Source of the DNA: a virus
Lineage: Duplodnaviria > Caudoviricetes
DNA: 26,561 bases
IMG/VR virus record: IMGVR_UViG_3300021560_000062
Coordinates: 1 to 26,561 of that record
Reading direction: 5' to 3' (one strand)
Shown one piece after another: positions 6,844 to 15,660 of this stretch (positions are counted from its first letter, which is position 1; the number at the start of each line of letters is the position of its first letter). A program made the position numbers and the translations under genes. The notes beneath the pieces were generated by a model, which made no database searches, was not told the origin of the DNA, and saw only the letters and a list, made by a program, of their open reading frames with translations.

Positions 6844-7052
6844 AAGCCGTTCGCCTCTGGATTACCGACGATTTCAGCAAGTGGGTGGACGTGCCGATCC
6901 CGGAAGGCGGCACCTTCATCGGCATGCTGGCGCAAGCCCGGTTCGAGAACGGTTTCACGACGCCGACGCTTCACGTCCCATGGAAGTCGGTTCATCTCGC
7001 TTTCGAGGTAGAGATAGCAGGGCCGTTGATTAAAGGGATAATGCTCAATTGA
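6840..7052 (+). CDS. Small hypothetical protein (70 aa)
   Basis: ATGA overlap upstream and TTGA overlap downstream; beta-rich globular composition. Confidence 0.7.
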   Translation: MKAVRLWITDDFSKWVDVPIPEGGTFIGMLAQARFENGFTTPTLHVPWKSVHLAFEVEIAGPLIKGIMLN

Positions 7053-7360
7053 GGACGCCCGAGGGATACGTCAAGCACGATATCCGCATGTGGCTGGAAC
7101 GCCAGGGAGCCTACCTGTTTCTCCCGGTACAGACCGGCATGGGCAAGCGCACGCTCGATATTATTTGTTGTCTCAACGGGTTGTTCATCGCGATTGAAGT
7201 GAAGCGCGAAGGCGGGCGCAAGGCCACCAAGCCGCAGCAGCGCATCATCGAGGAGATCGAGCAAGCCGGCGGCATCGCGTTCGTGACCGACAGCCTGCGG
7301 CATTGCCAGGAGGTTTTGTTCGGTAGAGGTATTTTAAGGCGGCTTGATCTTGCTTTATAA
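7049..7360 (+). CDS. VRR-NUC domain nuclease (resolvase-like)
   Basis: PEGYVK...TLDIICCLNGLFIAIEVKR...ATKPQ...IEQAGG; TTG start after GGGA. Confidence 0.9.
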   Translation: MRTPEGYVKHDIRMWLERQGAYLFLPVQTGMGKRTLDIICCLNGLFIAIEVKREGGRKATKPQQRIIEEIEQAGGIAFVTDSLRHCQEVLFGRGILRRLDLAL

Positions 7361-7372
7361 TCGTGTTACCCT
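7344..7372 (+). promoter_or_regulatory. Possible sigma70 promoter upstream of the adenine methyltransferase
   Basis: TTGATC (7344-7349), 17 nt, TACCCT (7367-7372), with an extended TG at 7364-7365. A TATAAT also lies at 7356-7361. Confidence 0.35.
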
Positions 7373-7378
7373 TGATAC

Positions 7379-7990
7379 GTGTCTAGTCGATCAAAATACG
7401 TGCCGGTTTGGCCCTCCTTAGCTAACCGCACATTAAAAACTGGTGTATTATGCGCTCCCTACAGCGAGCGCGGCAACGACCTGTACGAAACACCACCGGT
7501 CGCCCTGGAGGCTCTCCTGAAAGAAATAAAACTCCCCTATTACGTTTGGGAACCAGCTTGTGGCCATGGCAACTTGGTGAACGTGTTGGCCAAGGAACAC
7601 GCCGTTTATTTCTCTGATATAATGGATTACGGTATTCCAGGGCAACATGTTTTGGATTTTCTATCTATCAGCGTTCGCCAGTTTTCGGGAGCAATCGTAA
7701 CTAATCCGCCGTTCAAACATGCCGAAAAATTCGTTGAAAAGGCTTGTTCGATATGTCCAACCGTGATAATGTTGTTAAGGCTTGCGTTTCTGGAGTCCGA
7801 GCGTCGTTGCCCAATCTTGGATAACGGCACGCTGGCCGACGTCTACGTGTTTCGCAAGCGGCTGCCGATGATGCACCGCGCCGGCTGGGAAGGCCGCAAG
7901 GCCAACAGCGCCATGGCGTTCGCCTGGTTCATATGGAAGCGTGACCATCGGGGGCCGATCGTCCTTCACCGTTTGTCGTGGGAAAAATGA
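7379..7990 (+). CDS. Amino-type DNA methyltransferase (N6-adenine or N4-cytosine); start uncertain
   Basis: DLYETP, SAM-binding WEPACGHG, catalytic IVTNPPF, LLRLAFLES, FAWFIW. Confidence 0.85.
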   Translation: MSSRSKYVPVWPSLANRTLKTGVLCAPYSERGNDLYETPPVALEALLKEIKLPYYVWEPACGHGNLVNVLAKEHAVYFSDIMDYGIPGQHVLDFLSISVRQFSGAIVTNPPFKHAEKFVEKACSICPTVIMLLRLAFLESERRCPILDNGTLADVYVFRKRLPMMHRAGWEGRKANSAMAFAWFIWKRDHRGPIVLHRLSWEK

Positions 7991-8031
7991 CCCAGCTGTT
8001 CCACTCCCCACGGCTACATGGCAAGGAAACG

Positions 8032-8649
8032 ATGACAATAGCGGCGCTCTATGTCGAGACGGATGGTTGCTACTACAATCTTCCCGGCATCGACCCGTGG
8101 GATATCCGCCGGGACGCACGCCTGTATGCTGGACCTTACCCCGTGGTCGCGCATCCGCCCTGCCAGCGGTGGGGACGTTTCTGGCACGGCAGCACGGCCA
8201 GGCCGCACCAGTATCGCCTGGGCGACGATGACGGCTGCTTTGCCGCCGCGCTCCAGGCGGTGCGACAATGGGGCGGTGTGCTGGAGCACGTTGCCGACAG
8301 TCATGCCTGGAACCATTTTAGACTCGCGCGCCCGCCACGTGGGGCCGGCTGGATCGCGGCCGACGATGAGGGGGGATTTACCTGCTACATCGAGCAGGGA
8401 CACTATGGCCACATGGCGCGCAAGGGAACATGGCTTTACGTCAATAGAACCTTGCTGCCGGAGCTGCAATGGGAACGTTTGCCGCAACGGTTATCGCCGA
8501 TTGCACTTGACAGGTACGGTTACGAGAAAGCGCGTCGAATTGGCATCGTGGCCATGGTAGGGGGGAAACGCAAGACTGAGATACGGAACGCCACGCCGCT
8601 GCCGTTTCGGGATTTGTTAATTGCGATGGCGCGGAGCGTTGAAAGATGA
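8032..8649 (+). CDS. Divergent C5-cytosine methyltransferase-like protein
   Basis: AAGGA SD before ATG8032. IAALY...VVAHPPCQ (motif IV-like), VLEH (motif VI-like), Q.HYGH..RK.TWLY (motif VIII-like), RNATP.PF (motif X-like). Confidence 0.6.
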   Translation: MTIAALYVETDGCYYNLPGIDPWDIRRDARLYAGPYPVVAHPPCQRWGRFWHGSTARPHQYRLGDDDGCFAAALQAVRQWGGVLEHVADSHAWNHFRLARPPRGAGWIAADDEGGFTCYIEQGHYGHMARKGTWLYVNRTLLPELQWERLPQRLSPIALDRYGYEKARRIGIVAMVGGKRKTEIRNATPLPFRDLLIAMARSVER

Positions 8650-10247
8650 CTCAATTATTCCACTCTCCCGAGCGCAACCTGCTGGTTTACGAGACCGGCA
8701 AGGTGGCGGACGTCGTGCGCTACGTGCCGGATGCCAAGCAGCTCAACGGCTCCTATGTCGCCGTCCCTAAAAATTTACACAACATGCAGCTCCTGCGCTG
8801 GCTCGACTTGCCGGTGCTGCCGCCGATGGACGGTTACGATTGGCCGCGGGCGCAGGGGTTCACGCCGACCGCTGCGCAGCGGACCATGGCCAATTTCATG
8901 GTGCTGCATCCCCGCTCGTTCAACCTGTCCGACATGGGCACGATGAAGACCCTCGCCACCCTGTGGGCGGCCGACTTCATCATGCGTCAGCACCCGGAGG
9001 GCTCCTGCCGTGCTGTCATCGTCGCGCCGCTTTCTATCCTCCAGCGAGTATGGGGAGACGCGATTTTTCGCCATTTCCTTGGCCGCAGAACTTACCAGAT
9101 TGTGTACGGAGATGAACGAAAAAGAAAAGATTTGCTACAACAGCCGGCCGATTTTTATATCATTAACTTTGACGGTCTTGGCGTCGGGGCGCAAACCCGC
9201 AGAAAATTCGAGCTGGCCGGCCTGTCTGCGCAATTTAGAGATCGGGCTGACATACGAATTGCCATCATCGACGAAGCCAGCGCCTACCGAGATAGCAGAA
9301 CGAAGCGCAGCCGAATTGCGCGAATTTTGTTTAGCCCTGAAAGAAGGCCGTATCTTTGGCTTCTTACCGGCACCCCCACTCCGAATGGACCTTGCGATGC
9401 ATACGGTCTAGCGCGCCAGGTCAACAATGCGTTCGGCGAGTCGTTCGTGTCCTTCAAGCAGCGCACGATGATTCAAGTCAGTCAATACAAGTGGATTCCT
9501 CGCGCCGGGTCCAACGAGATGGCGCGTAAATTATTGTCGCCCGCCATCCGCTTCGGCATCGAGCAGGTGTGGGATGGACCGGAGCTGACGTACCAGCAGC
9601 GAGACGTGGAGCTGACGCCGCAGCAGCGCGAGCTGTTCAAGTCGCTGCGCAACCAGCTGCAGGTCGTGGTCAACAACGAGCCCATTACCCCGGCCAACGA
9701 GGCCGCTGCCCGCTTGAAGTTTTTACAAATCAGCATGGGCGCCATCTATGACCACGCGCACCATTCCCATCCGGTGGACGCCTCCCCACGCTTCCGCGAG
9801 GCAGAAGCAGTGATCGAGCAAACCGACCGCAAGGTGGTCATCTTCGTACCCTTGACAAACGTGCTACACTTGTTAAGGTCGCACTTGTCCAAGCGGTGGT
9901 CGTGCGGCGTGCTCAACGGAGAGGTGTCGGTGAAGGACCGCAACGAGTTGCTGGCAAGGTTCGCAAGCAGCGAGCACCCGCACATCATCCTCGCCGACCC
10001 GCAAACCACCGCGCACGGCATCAACGAGCTGGTGGCCGCCGACACTATCATATGGTTCGGGCCGACCGATAAGACCGAGCTGTTCATTCAGGGCAATAAA
10101 AGATTACACAGGCCCGGTCAAAAATATCCGGTGACAGTGGTGCAGCTCGTATCGCACGCGATCGAGCGGGAGATATTCCGCCGGTTGGAGAACAACGAGT
10201 CGCAGCAAGGAGTCCTGCTGCGCGCGGTGAAGGAGGGCAAGCTATGA
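8646..10247 (+). CDS. SNF2-family (SF2) DNA helicase
   Basis: Walker A-like DMGTMKT, APLS, INFDG, IIDEAS, LTGTP and motif VI QGNKRLHRPGQ. Confidence 0.92.
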   Translation: MTQLFHSPERNLLVYETGKVADVVRYVPDAKQLNGSYVAVPKNLHNMQLLRWLDLPVLPPMDGYDWPRAQGFTPTAAQRTMANFMVLHPRSFNLSDMGTMKTLATLWAADFIMRQHPEGSCRAVIVAPLSILQRVWGDAIFRHFLGRRTYQIVYGDERKRKDLLQQPADFYIINFDGLGVGAQTRRKFELAGLSAQFRDRADIRIAIIDEASAYRDSRTKRSRIARILFSPERRPYLWLLTGTPTPNGPCDAYGLARQVNNAFGESFVSFKQRTMIQVSQYKWIPRAGSNEMARKLLSPAIRFGIEQVWDGPELTYQQRDVELTPQQRELFKSLRNQLQVVVNNEPITPANEAAARLKFLQISMGAIYDHAHHSHPVDASPRFREAEAVIEQTDRKVVIFVPLTNVLHLLRSHLSKRWSCGVLNGEVSVKDRNELLARFASSEHPHIILADPQTTAHGINELVAADTIIWFGPTDKTELFIQGNKRLHRPGQKYPVTVVQLVSHAIEREIFRRLENNESQQGVLLRAVKEGKL

Positions 10248-10642
10248 CGTTCAAAGCCGATGAATTGATTGCCAAGGCGTTGGAGATCGACCGCCACATA
10301 AAGGCGCGCGAGGAAGCCTTGGCGGAAGAACTGAAGCCGTACAAGGAAGGCCGCCAGGCAATCGAGGGCGTGCTGTTGCAAATGCTCAACGATGCCGGCG
10401 CGCAGAATTTCAAGACGGACGAAGGCACCGCTTACAAGACACAGATTCTCCACCCCAAGGTGGTCAACCGCGATGACTTCCTTAAAGTGTGCGTGGACAA
10501 CTGGACGAACGGCGGCGGCGCCATGCTGCAGATCGGCACCATCAAGGGCGGCGTCAAGGACTGGCTGGAGACCCACGAGCAGGCCCCGCCGCCCGGTGTA
10601 GAAATCAGCTACAGCATCAACCTCAACATAAGGAAATCATGA
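10244..10642 (+). CDS. Phage hypothetical protein with N-terminal coiled coil
   Basis: GGAGG SD and ATGA overlap. The FKTDEGTAYK...PPPGV pattern resembles genes I recall in this position in podovirus replication modules. Confidence 0.8.
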   Translation: MTFKADELIAKALEIDRHIKAREEALAEELKPYKEGRQAIEGVLLQMLNDAGAQNFKTDEGTAYKTQILHPKVVNRDDFLKVCVDNWTNGGGAMLQIGTIKGGVKDWLETHEQAPPPGVEISYSINLNIRKS

Positions 10643-10643
10643 C

Positions 10644-11822
10644 ATGACGAAGAATCTCCCCGCCTACCTGGCCGGGCGAAAGAGCCTGGTCCGCACAGTG
10701 ACCGAAGAATTCGGTCTCGTGCTGCCTCCCCGTATCTCCATCAGGGGCAGCCGCTTTACCATGATAAACGCCGGCGGCGAGCTGCTGCCGCTGGAGACGC
10801 TGCACCTCGACTGCATCATCCTCGACATGAGCGATCAGTACGTGCGGCGCTACTATGCCGGCTCGTTCAGCGACGTTGAGCGGCTGCCGCCGACCTGTTT
10901 CTCGGACAACGGAGTGGCGCCGTCCTCGCGCGCCAGCCAGCCGCAATCCGCGCGTTGTGATTCATGTCAATGGTCCAAGTGGGGGTCCGACGTCAGCGCG
11001 AAGACCGGCAAGGGCATTCCAGCTTGCCAGCAGCGCATCAAGCTGGCCGTCCTCGTGGTCAGTGTCGATGCCCGCAACACCACCGTGACGCCGATCGCCA
11101 ACGGCCCCTACATGCTGGAGGTTCCTCCCGCTTCGCTGACCGGATTCAAGAATTACTGCAAAGTGATCTCGTCTCACGCGGACACCGACCTGTTCGATAT
11201 CGTGACCCGCGTCACGTTCGACCCCAAGCAGGTGGGCACCTTCGTGTTCCGCCCGCTGGCGGCAGTCCCTGACGAGGTCAAGGCGGTCTTCTATGGCTGG
11301 CCGGTCGGCACCACCGACACCTACGTAGGCAGGGACGACGAGCCCTATACCGGCGAGATCGACCCGGAGCAGATCGTTGCGCCCGCCAGGGGACAGATTG
11401 CCCCGCCCGCCGAGCCAATCCGTCCCTTGACACCCGCTCCGCAGCCGCAAGGGCAGCGCGTCGGCGATTATCCGTTCTTGCCGGTCCAGCAGCAGGCTGC
11501 CACCCAGCCGGTTGCTCAGCCGGCCGAGTTCAAGCTGCAGCCGGCACAGCCGGCCACGGTCGAGACGCCGAAGCGCGGTCGCCCGGCCGGTGCCCGCAAC
11601 AAGCCGAAGGAAGCGACGCCCGCCCCGACGTCCGCGCCGTTCTTGCCGGCGCCGGCGGCTAAGGATGAGGATATCCCCGACTTCCTGCGGCGTCCGCCAC
11701 CGGCACAACCGGCGGCGCCCGCTCCCGCGCCTGCCCCTAGTTTTGGTATGCAGTCGTCCGCGCCGGTTCCCAATGCCGACCTGATGGCGACGCTGGATCG
11801 CGCAATGGGGCTCAAGACATGA
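10644..11822 (+). CDS. Putative ssDNA-binding/annealing protein with Pro/Ala-rich tail
   Basis: AAGGA SD. PRISIRG...CFSDNG..P...CDSC.W..WGS.....GKG..AC...LEVPPASL, then a low-complexity tail with DIPDFL. Function inferred from position and motif. Confidence 0.65.
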   Translation: MTKNLPAYLAGRKSLVRTVTEEFGLVLPPRISIRGSRFTMINAGGELLPLETLHLDCIILDMSDQYVRRYYAGSFSDVERLPPTCFSDNGVAPSSRASQPQSARCDSCQWSKWGSDVSAKTGKGIPACQQRIKLAVLVVSVDARNTTVTPIANGPYMLEVPPASLTGFKNYCKVISSHADTDLFDIVTRVTFDPKQVGTFVFRPLAAVPDEVKAVFYGWPVGTTDTYVGRDDEPYTGEIDPEQIVAPARGQIAPPAEPIRPLTPAPQPQGQRVGDYPFLPVQQQAATQPVAQPAEFKLQPAQPATVETPKRGRPAGARNKPKEATPAPTSAPFLPAPAAKDEDIPDFLRRPPPAQPAAPAPAPAPSFGMQSSAPVPNADLMATLDRAMGLKT

Positions 11823-12178
11823 AGACTTTTGCGCAGCGGCTGGAGCATTGTTGCGAGTATGGCAGTTTGACGACGGCCGATCTCGCGATATGGTTTCAGC
11901 GAGCATACCCCACGGTACGAACCTGGCGTTACGACGGGCGGCTGCCGTGGGGGCCGCCGGGCGAAGAAGTCATTCGCCGCCTCAAAATACTGGAGACAAA
12001 AATCGACGAAGGCGAGTGGTTTCCGGTGCCGATTCTACTGACGTGGCAACATAGACGGTCCTACATGGAAAAGGCCCGCAGCAATGCCATCCCCACTAAT
12101 CGCTCAAGCGTTGACCTTTCTTCTGCCCCGCGCCAAGTTCTACGTGGCCGTTACCGATATTCACGGTCAAAAGTCTAA
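11819..12178 (+). CDS. HTH-like DNA-binding protein
   Basis: LTTADLAIWFQRAYPTVRTWRYDGRLP is an HTH-like pattern. ATGA overlap upstream; the 3' end overlaps the primase by 95 nt. Confidence 0.7.
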   Translation: MKTFAQRLEHCCEYGSLTTADLAIWFQRAYPTVRTWRYDGRLPWGPPGEEVIRRLKILETKIDEGEWFPVPILLTWQHRRSYMEKARSNAIPTNRSSVDLSSAPRQVLRGRYRYSRSKV

Positions 12179-14972
12179 CCGTTTCTTCGAGTCAATCGAA
12201 GACCTGGCTGCTTATATCGGCGAGCAGGACCGGCTAGGGCATACCGTCTACCACGCATGCGCCACCTTCAAGCTGCCCCAGGGCAACCGCCCTGGGGTGC
12301 GCGACCTGGGGCGGTCGCAAGCCAACGTCGCCTTCCTCCGCAGCCTGTTCGCTGACATCGACGTCGGTCCCAACAAGCCGTACCAGGAAGCAGCCGACGC
12401 CCTGATGGCGCTCGATGCGTTCTGCGCGGCCGCGGGCATGCCGCCGCCGACGATCGTCTCGTCCGGCCGGGGCTTCCACGCCTACTGGGTGCTTGAGGAC
12501 GACCTGACGCTGAACGAGTGGCAGCCGTATGCGCGTGGTCTCAAGGCGCTGTGCTACAAGGCCGGACTGAAGATCGACCCGGCGAGGACCGCCGACGGCA
12601 GCTCCATCCTGCGCACGCCGGGGACGACATGGCGCAAGGAAGACCCGCCCCGGCCGGTGAGATTCATCCAGCAAGAAGGACCGTACGATGTCCAAGATTT
12701 TGAATTTCTCAAAGCCGTCGAGCCCCGACGACCCCATGATGGTAGAGTGGCTGGCGTACATCGAGGCCCGCAACCGGCGTACCTCGCCGGAAGAAGTGAT
12801 GGACTTGCTGGAGCAGCAGCTAGACTTGCATATCCAAATAATAGAAGCGGCGAGCGAATTGCTGACGCGTGTCCGCAAATGGCGAAACTGCGAGCAACAG
12901 GCGGCAATGTTAGCGAGCCTCATTGGCACCACTGTCTCGGAGTGCTCGCATTTTGCCAGGATGGTGAGCGCCTGGGGCATGAATGGTCCTCCCGCGAGTA
13001 TGACACTTACACAGAAGAAGAAACCCAGGGGCGGCTCGACCGCTGGAAAGACTTCGGCCCGCCGTACTGCCAAACCTTCCACGACGTGGTCGATTCGACC
13101 ACTTGCGAAAACTGCCCCCACTGGGGAACAATCACCACCCCGATCGTCCTCGGGCAAGACGACGGACGACCCGAGCCCGCCCCCGCCGAAATCGGCGGCG
13201 TGACCATCCCGCCGCTGCCGAAGGATTTTGCGATCAACGGCAGCGGGCTGGTGCTCAAGGCAGCCAATAACCACACAGATGTTGACCTGGTTATTTCCAA
13301 GCATCCCATCTTTCTCGAAACCGTACACCGCGGCGAGATCAAGGGCGATCACACCCTGTCGCTCAAGCACGGGCTGCCGCACCGCGGGTGGGAGAACATC
13401 TTCGTCCCCGCCAGCACCCTGTTCGGCAGCGGCGGGATCGCGTTCCTGTCCGACAAGGGCATCACGATCCACGATACTCAACATTTCCTGCGCTTCGTGC
13501 GACACTCCATCGATATGTACCATGACCAGCAGGCGACCGTCGTGCGCGCCGAGCAGTTCGGTTGGAAGGAGGACGACAAGGCGTTCCTGTTCGGCCTCAA
13601 CCTGTACCGCGCCAACGAGGTTGTCGTCCCGGCGGCCGGTGACGACGAGATCGTGTGGCGGTCGAAACACGTCGGGCTGGCCAAAGGTGGATCGCTTCAC
13701 CGCTGGAAAGAGCTTGCTAACAACCTTTTCGCTGGTGGCTGCGAAGGTCAGTCGCTGGCCCTGCTGGCGAGTTTCGCCGCCCCCCTCCTGCGTTTTCTCT
13801 CCGTCGATGAAGGGGGTGCGATTCTCTCCCTTGTCACGCGTGCGAGCGGCAAGGGGAAGTCAACGGCTCTGGCCGGCGCTTGCTCCGTATGGGGCGATCG
13901 TGACGGCCTCGGTTTGACGCGAAGGGATACCGGGAACACCAAGGGTCTCACATTGGGTGCACTGGGCAACCTCCCCGTCGTCTACGACGAGATTGAGACG
14001 AAAGACCCTCAAGTCGCCCGCGATTTCGTTCAGACGTTCACCGAAGGCCGCGACAAGATGCGCGCCACCAGGAGCGGCGAGATCAAGCACACCGAGAACC
14101 GCTGGCAGACGCTGCTGATATCCGGCTCCAACAGCAGCCTGCTCGACACCCTGTCGTCCGATGGCGCCCAGGCGCCGGCCACCCGCATTATCGAGATGAG
14201 CTGCGATCTCCCCAAGGGGCTGCAGCATCACCTGGGCGACAAGCTGAAGAATGAGCTGCTAAAAAATTACGGCTACGCCGGGGACGCCTACCTGCGCTAC
14301 CTGATGAACAACATGGACTGGGTCAAGATGGCGCTGGAGCAGGCGGCCGATGCTGCCTGGAAGAAGACCAATTACCCGTCCGAGTGCCGCTTCTGGATCA
14401 GGACGGTAGCGGCGATCCAGGTGGCCGGCCACATCGTCAAGGGGCTGGGGCTGCTGGAATTTTCCCTCGATCGCCTGATGAGCTACCTGTTCCAGCGGCT
14501 CGACATGCAGCGCCCTGCCCACCTGATCGCCGCCATGGACGGCGACGCCTGGGCGATCGACGCCCTCGGGCAGTTCATGCAGGAGCATCACAGCGGCACC
14601 ATGGCGGTGCAGCACCGGTTCCGCATGGGGCGCAAGGAGTTCGTCCATCTGCGGCCGCGGGACCCGCTGGTGATCCGTTACGAGACGGAGGAGAACCGCT
14701 ACCTGATTGCGATGACGGCGCTGCGCAAATGGCTGGTCAAGCAGCAGCTGCCGTGGAACGAATTTTTTATGTACCTCAAAACCAAGGGCGTGGCGGTCGG
14801 CATCACCAATTGCACGCTGGGCGCCGGCACCGAGTACCCGTCGGTGCGCGTGCCCGTGCTGGAGGTTTGCTCCAATCACAGCCTCTGCATCGGGATGGAG
14901 CCGCAGATGGACCAGGACAAGGTGGTGCGGCTGGTCGATGGACGCGAGGCCCTGTTCAGGAAGGCTAATTGA
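12084..14972 (+). CDS. Primase-helicase: RepB/AEP-like primase, Cys-rich PriCT-like region and DUF927 P-loop domain
   Basis: FADID and SSGRGFHAYW primase motifs, CPQM...C...CENCPH cluster, FGW, Walker A SGKGKST, Walker B VVYDE. Confidence 0.9.
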   Translation: MPSPLIAQALTFLLPRAKFYVAVTDIHGQKSNRFFESIEDLAAYIGEQDRLGHTVYHACATFKLPQGNRPGVRDLGRSQANVAFLRSLFADIDVGPNKPYQEAADALMALDAFCAAAGMPPPTIVSSGRGFHAYWVLEDDLTLNEWQPYARGLKALCYKAGLKIDPARTADGSSILRTPGTTWRKEDPPRPVRFIQQEGPYDVQDFEFLKAVEPRRPHDGRVAGVHRGPQPAYLAGRSDGLAGAAARLAYPNNRSGERIADACPQMAKLRATGGNVSEPHWHHCLGVLAFCQDGERLGHEWSSREYDTYTEEETQGRLDRWKDFGPPYCQTFHDVVDSTTCENCPHWGTITTPIVLGQDDGRPEPAPAEIGGVTIPPLPKDFAINGSGLVLKAANNHTDVDLVISKHPIFLETVHRGEIKGDHTLSLKHGLPHRGWENIFVPASTLFGSGGIAFLSDKGITIHDTQHFLRFVRHSIDMYHDQQATVVRAEQFGWKEDDKAFLFGLNLYRANEVVVPAAGDDEIVWRSKHVGLAKGGSLHRWKELANNLFAGGCEGQSLALLASFAAPLLRFLSVDEGGAILSLVTRASGKGKSTALAGACSVWGDRDGLGLTRRDTGNTKGLTLGALGNLPVVYDEIETKDPQVARDFVQTFTEGRDKMRATRSGEIKHTENRWQTLLISGSNSSLLDTLSSDGAQAPATRIIEMSCDLPKGLQHHLGDKLKNELLKNYGYAGDAYLRYLMNNMDWVKMALEQAADAAWKKTNYPSECRFWIRTVAAIQVAGHIVKGLGLLEFSLDRLMSYLFQRLDMQRPAHLIAAMDGDAWAIDALGQFMQEHHSGTMAVQHRFRMGRKEFVHLRPRDPLVIRYETEENRYLIAMTALRKWLVKQQLPWNEFFMYLKTKGVAVGITNCTLGAGTEYPSVRVPVLEVCSNHSLCIGMEPQMDQDKVVRLVDGREALFRKAN
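12688..13203 (+). CDS. Candidate overprinted helical protein nested in the +1 frame of the primase
   Basis: AAGGA (12676-12680) 7 nt before ATG12688. Primase third positions become A/T-rich from that ATG to about 13020. Amphipathic helical sequence. Confidence 0.5.
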   Translation: MSKILNFSKPSSPDDPMMVEWLAYIEARNRRTSPEEVMDLLEQQLDLHIQIIEAASELLTRVRKWRNCEQQAAMLASLIGTTVSECSHFARMVSAWGMNGPPASMTLTQKKKPRGGSTAGKTSARRTAKPSTTWSIRPLAKTAPTGEQSPPRSSSGKTTDDPSPPPPKSAA

Positions 14973-15660
14973 GCGGCGGCGGGATACGCTTCTTCTCCTC
15001 CTCCGCGATCAGCTTCAGCAGCTCAGACAGGTTGTCGCTCTCCTGCTTGCGCAATTGATTTTCATCCACGCGGAGCTGCGAGCCGATGAACAGTTGCGCA
15101 GCGATCAGGTGGGCGCGCATGACCGATGCAAAATTATTTTTATCGGGATCGAGCGGGATCAGCAGGATGGCGCGCGCCTTGGCGATCGATAAACGCGTGC
15201 CTTCCCTCAGTGCATCTGCGAGTAATTCAGATTCGTCGCATAGCCGTGACTCTGCAGTTGCGGCAGCTGTTTCGCCAGCCGTCTCCCAATATCGGTTCGA
15301 TACATTGGGGAGTTGGGCACTATCAAGCGCCCCATACGGCGGTAGCACGTCAACGCGGCGTCCTGCACGGTCGGCCCGGTCGCCGTCATCACCAGCACGT
15401 AGTCCCCTGCCGTCACGATCATCGGCCCCTGCATGATCGCCTGGCCGTTCTTCTGCGGCACGTCCTCGCCCATCATCATCTCGCACGGGTGGATGTGCTT
15501 CCACATGCTGGGACGGGCGTTGTAGATAGGAATCCCCGCCACTTCCTTTTTTGTCAAATGGGAATACGGATAGTCGGGGATCGCCAGGACCACCCCCAGG
15601 CTCACTAAATCGGGCACAAAGACGCGGGCGTCCCGGCCCTTTGCCAAATCCTGTAGCCAT
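14965..15660 (-). CDS. Hypothetical protein overlapping the ATP-grasp gene in the -1 frame (own start at 15660 or reached by frameshift)
   Basis: The non-overlapped part (15206-14965) encodes a convincing helical domain. GAGGGAG lies 10 nt before ATG15660. An A_AAA_AAG site lies at 15552-15546. Confidence 0.6.
   Translation of the reverse strand: MATGFGKGPGRPRLCARFSEPGGGPGDPRLSVFPFDKKGSGGDSYLQRPSQHVEAHPPVRDDDGRGRAAEERPGDHAGADDRDGRGLRAGDDGDRADRAGRRVDVLPPYGALDSAQLPNVSNRYWETAGETAAATAESRLCDESELLADALREGTRLSIAKARAILLIPLDPDKNNFASVMRAHLIAAQLFIGSQLRVDENQLRKQESDNLSELLKLIAEEEKKRIPPPLN

Noticed and set aside
13228-13917. 229-aa +1 ORF inside the primase as an overprinted gene
   Set aside because: It is mostly S/T/R/C-rich, as expected of a GC3 shadow frame, and has no clear SD-led start.
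15530-15557. Minus-strand TTGACA as an internal promoter
   Set aside because: No credible -10 element lies at 16-18 nt spacing.
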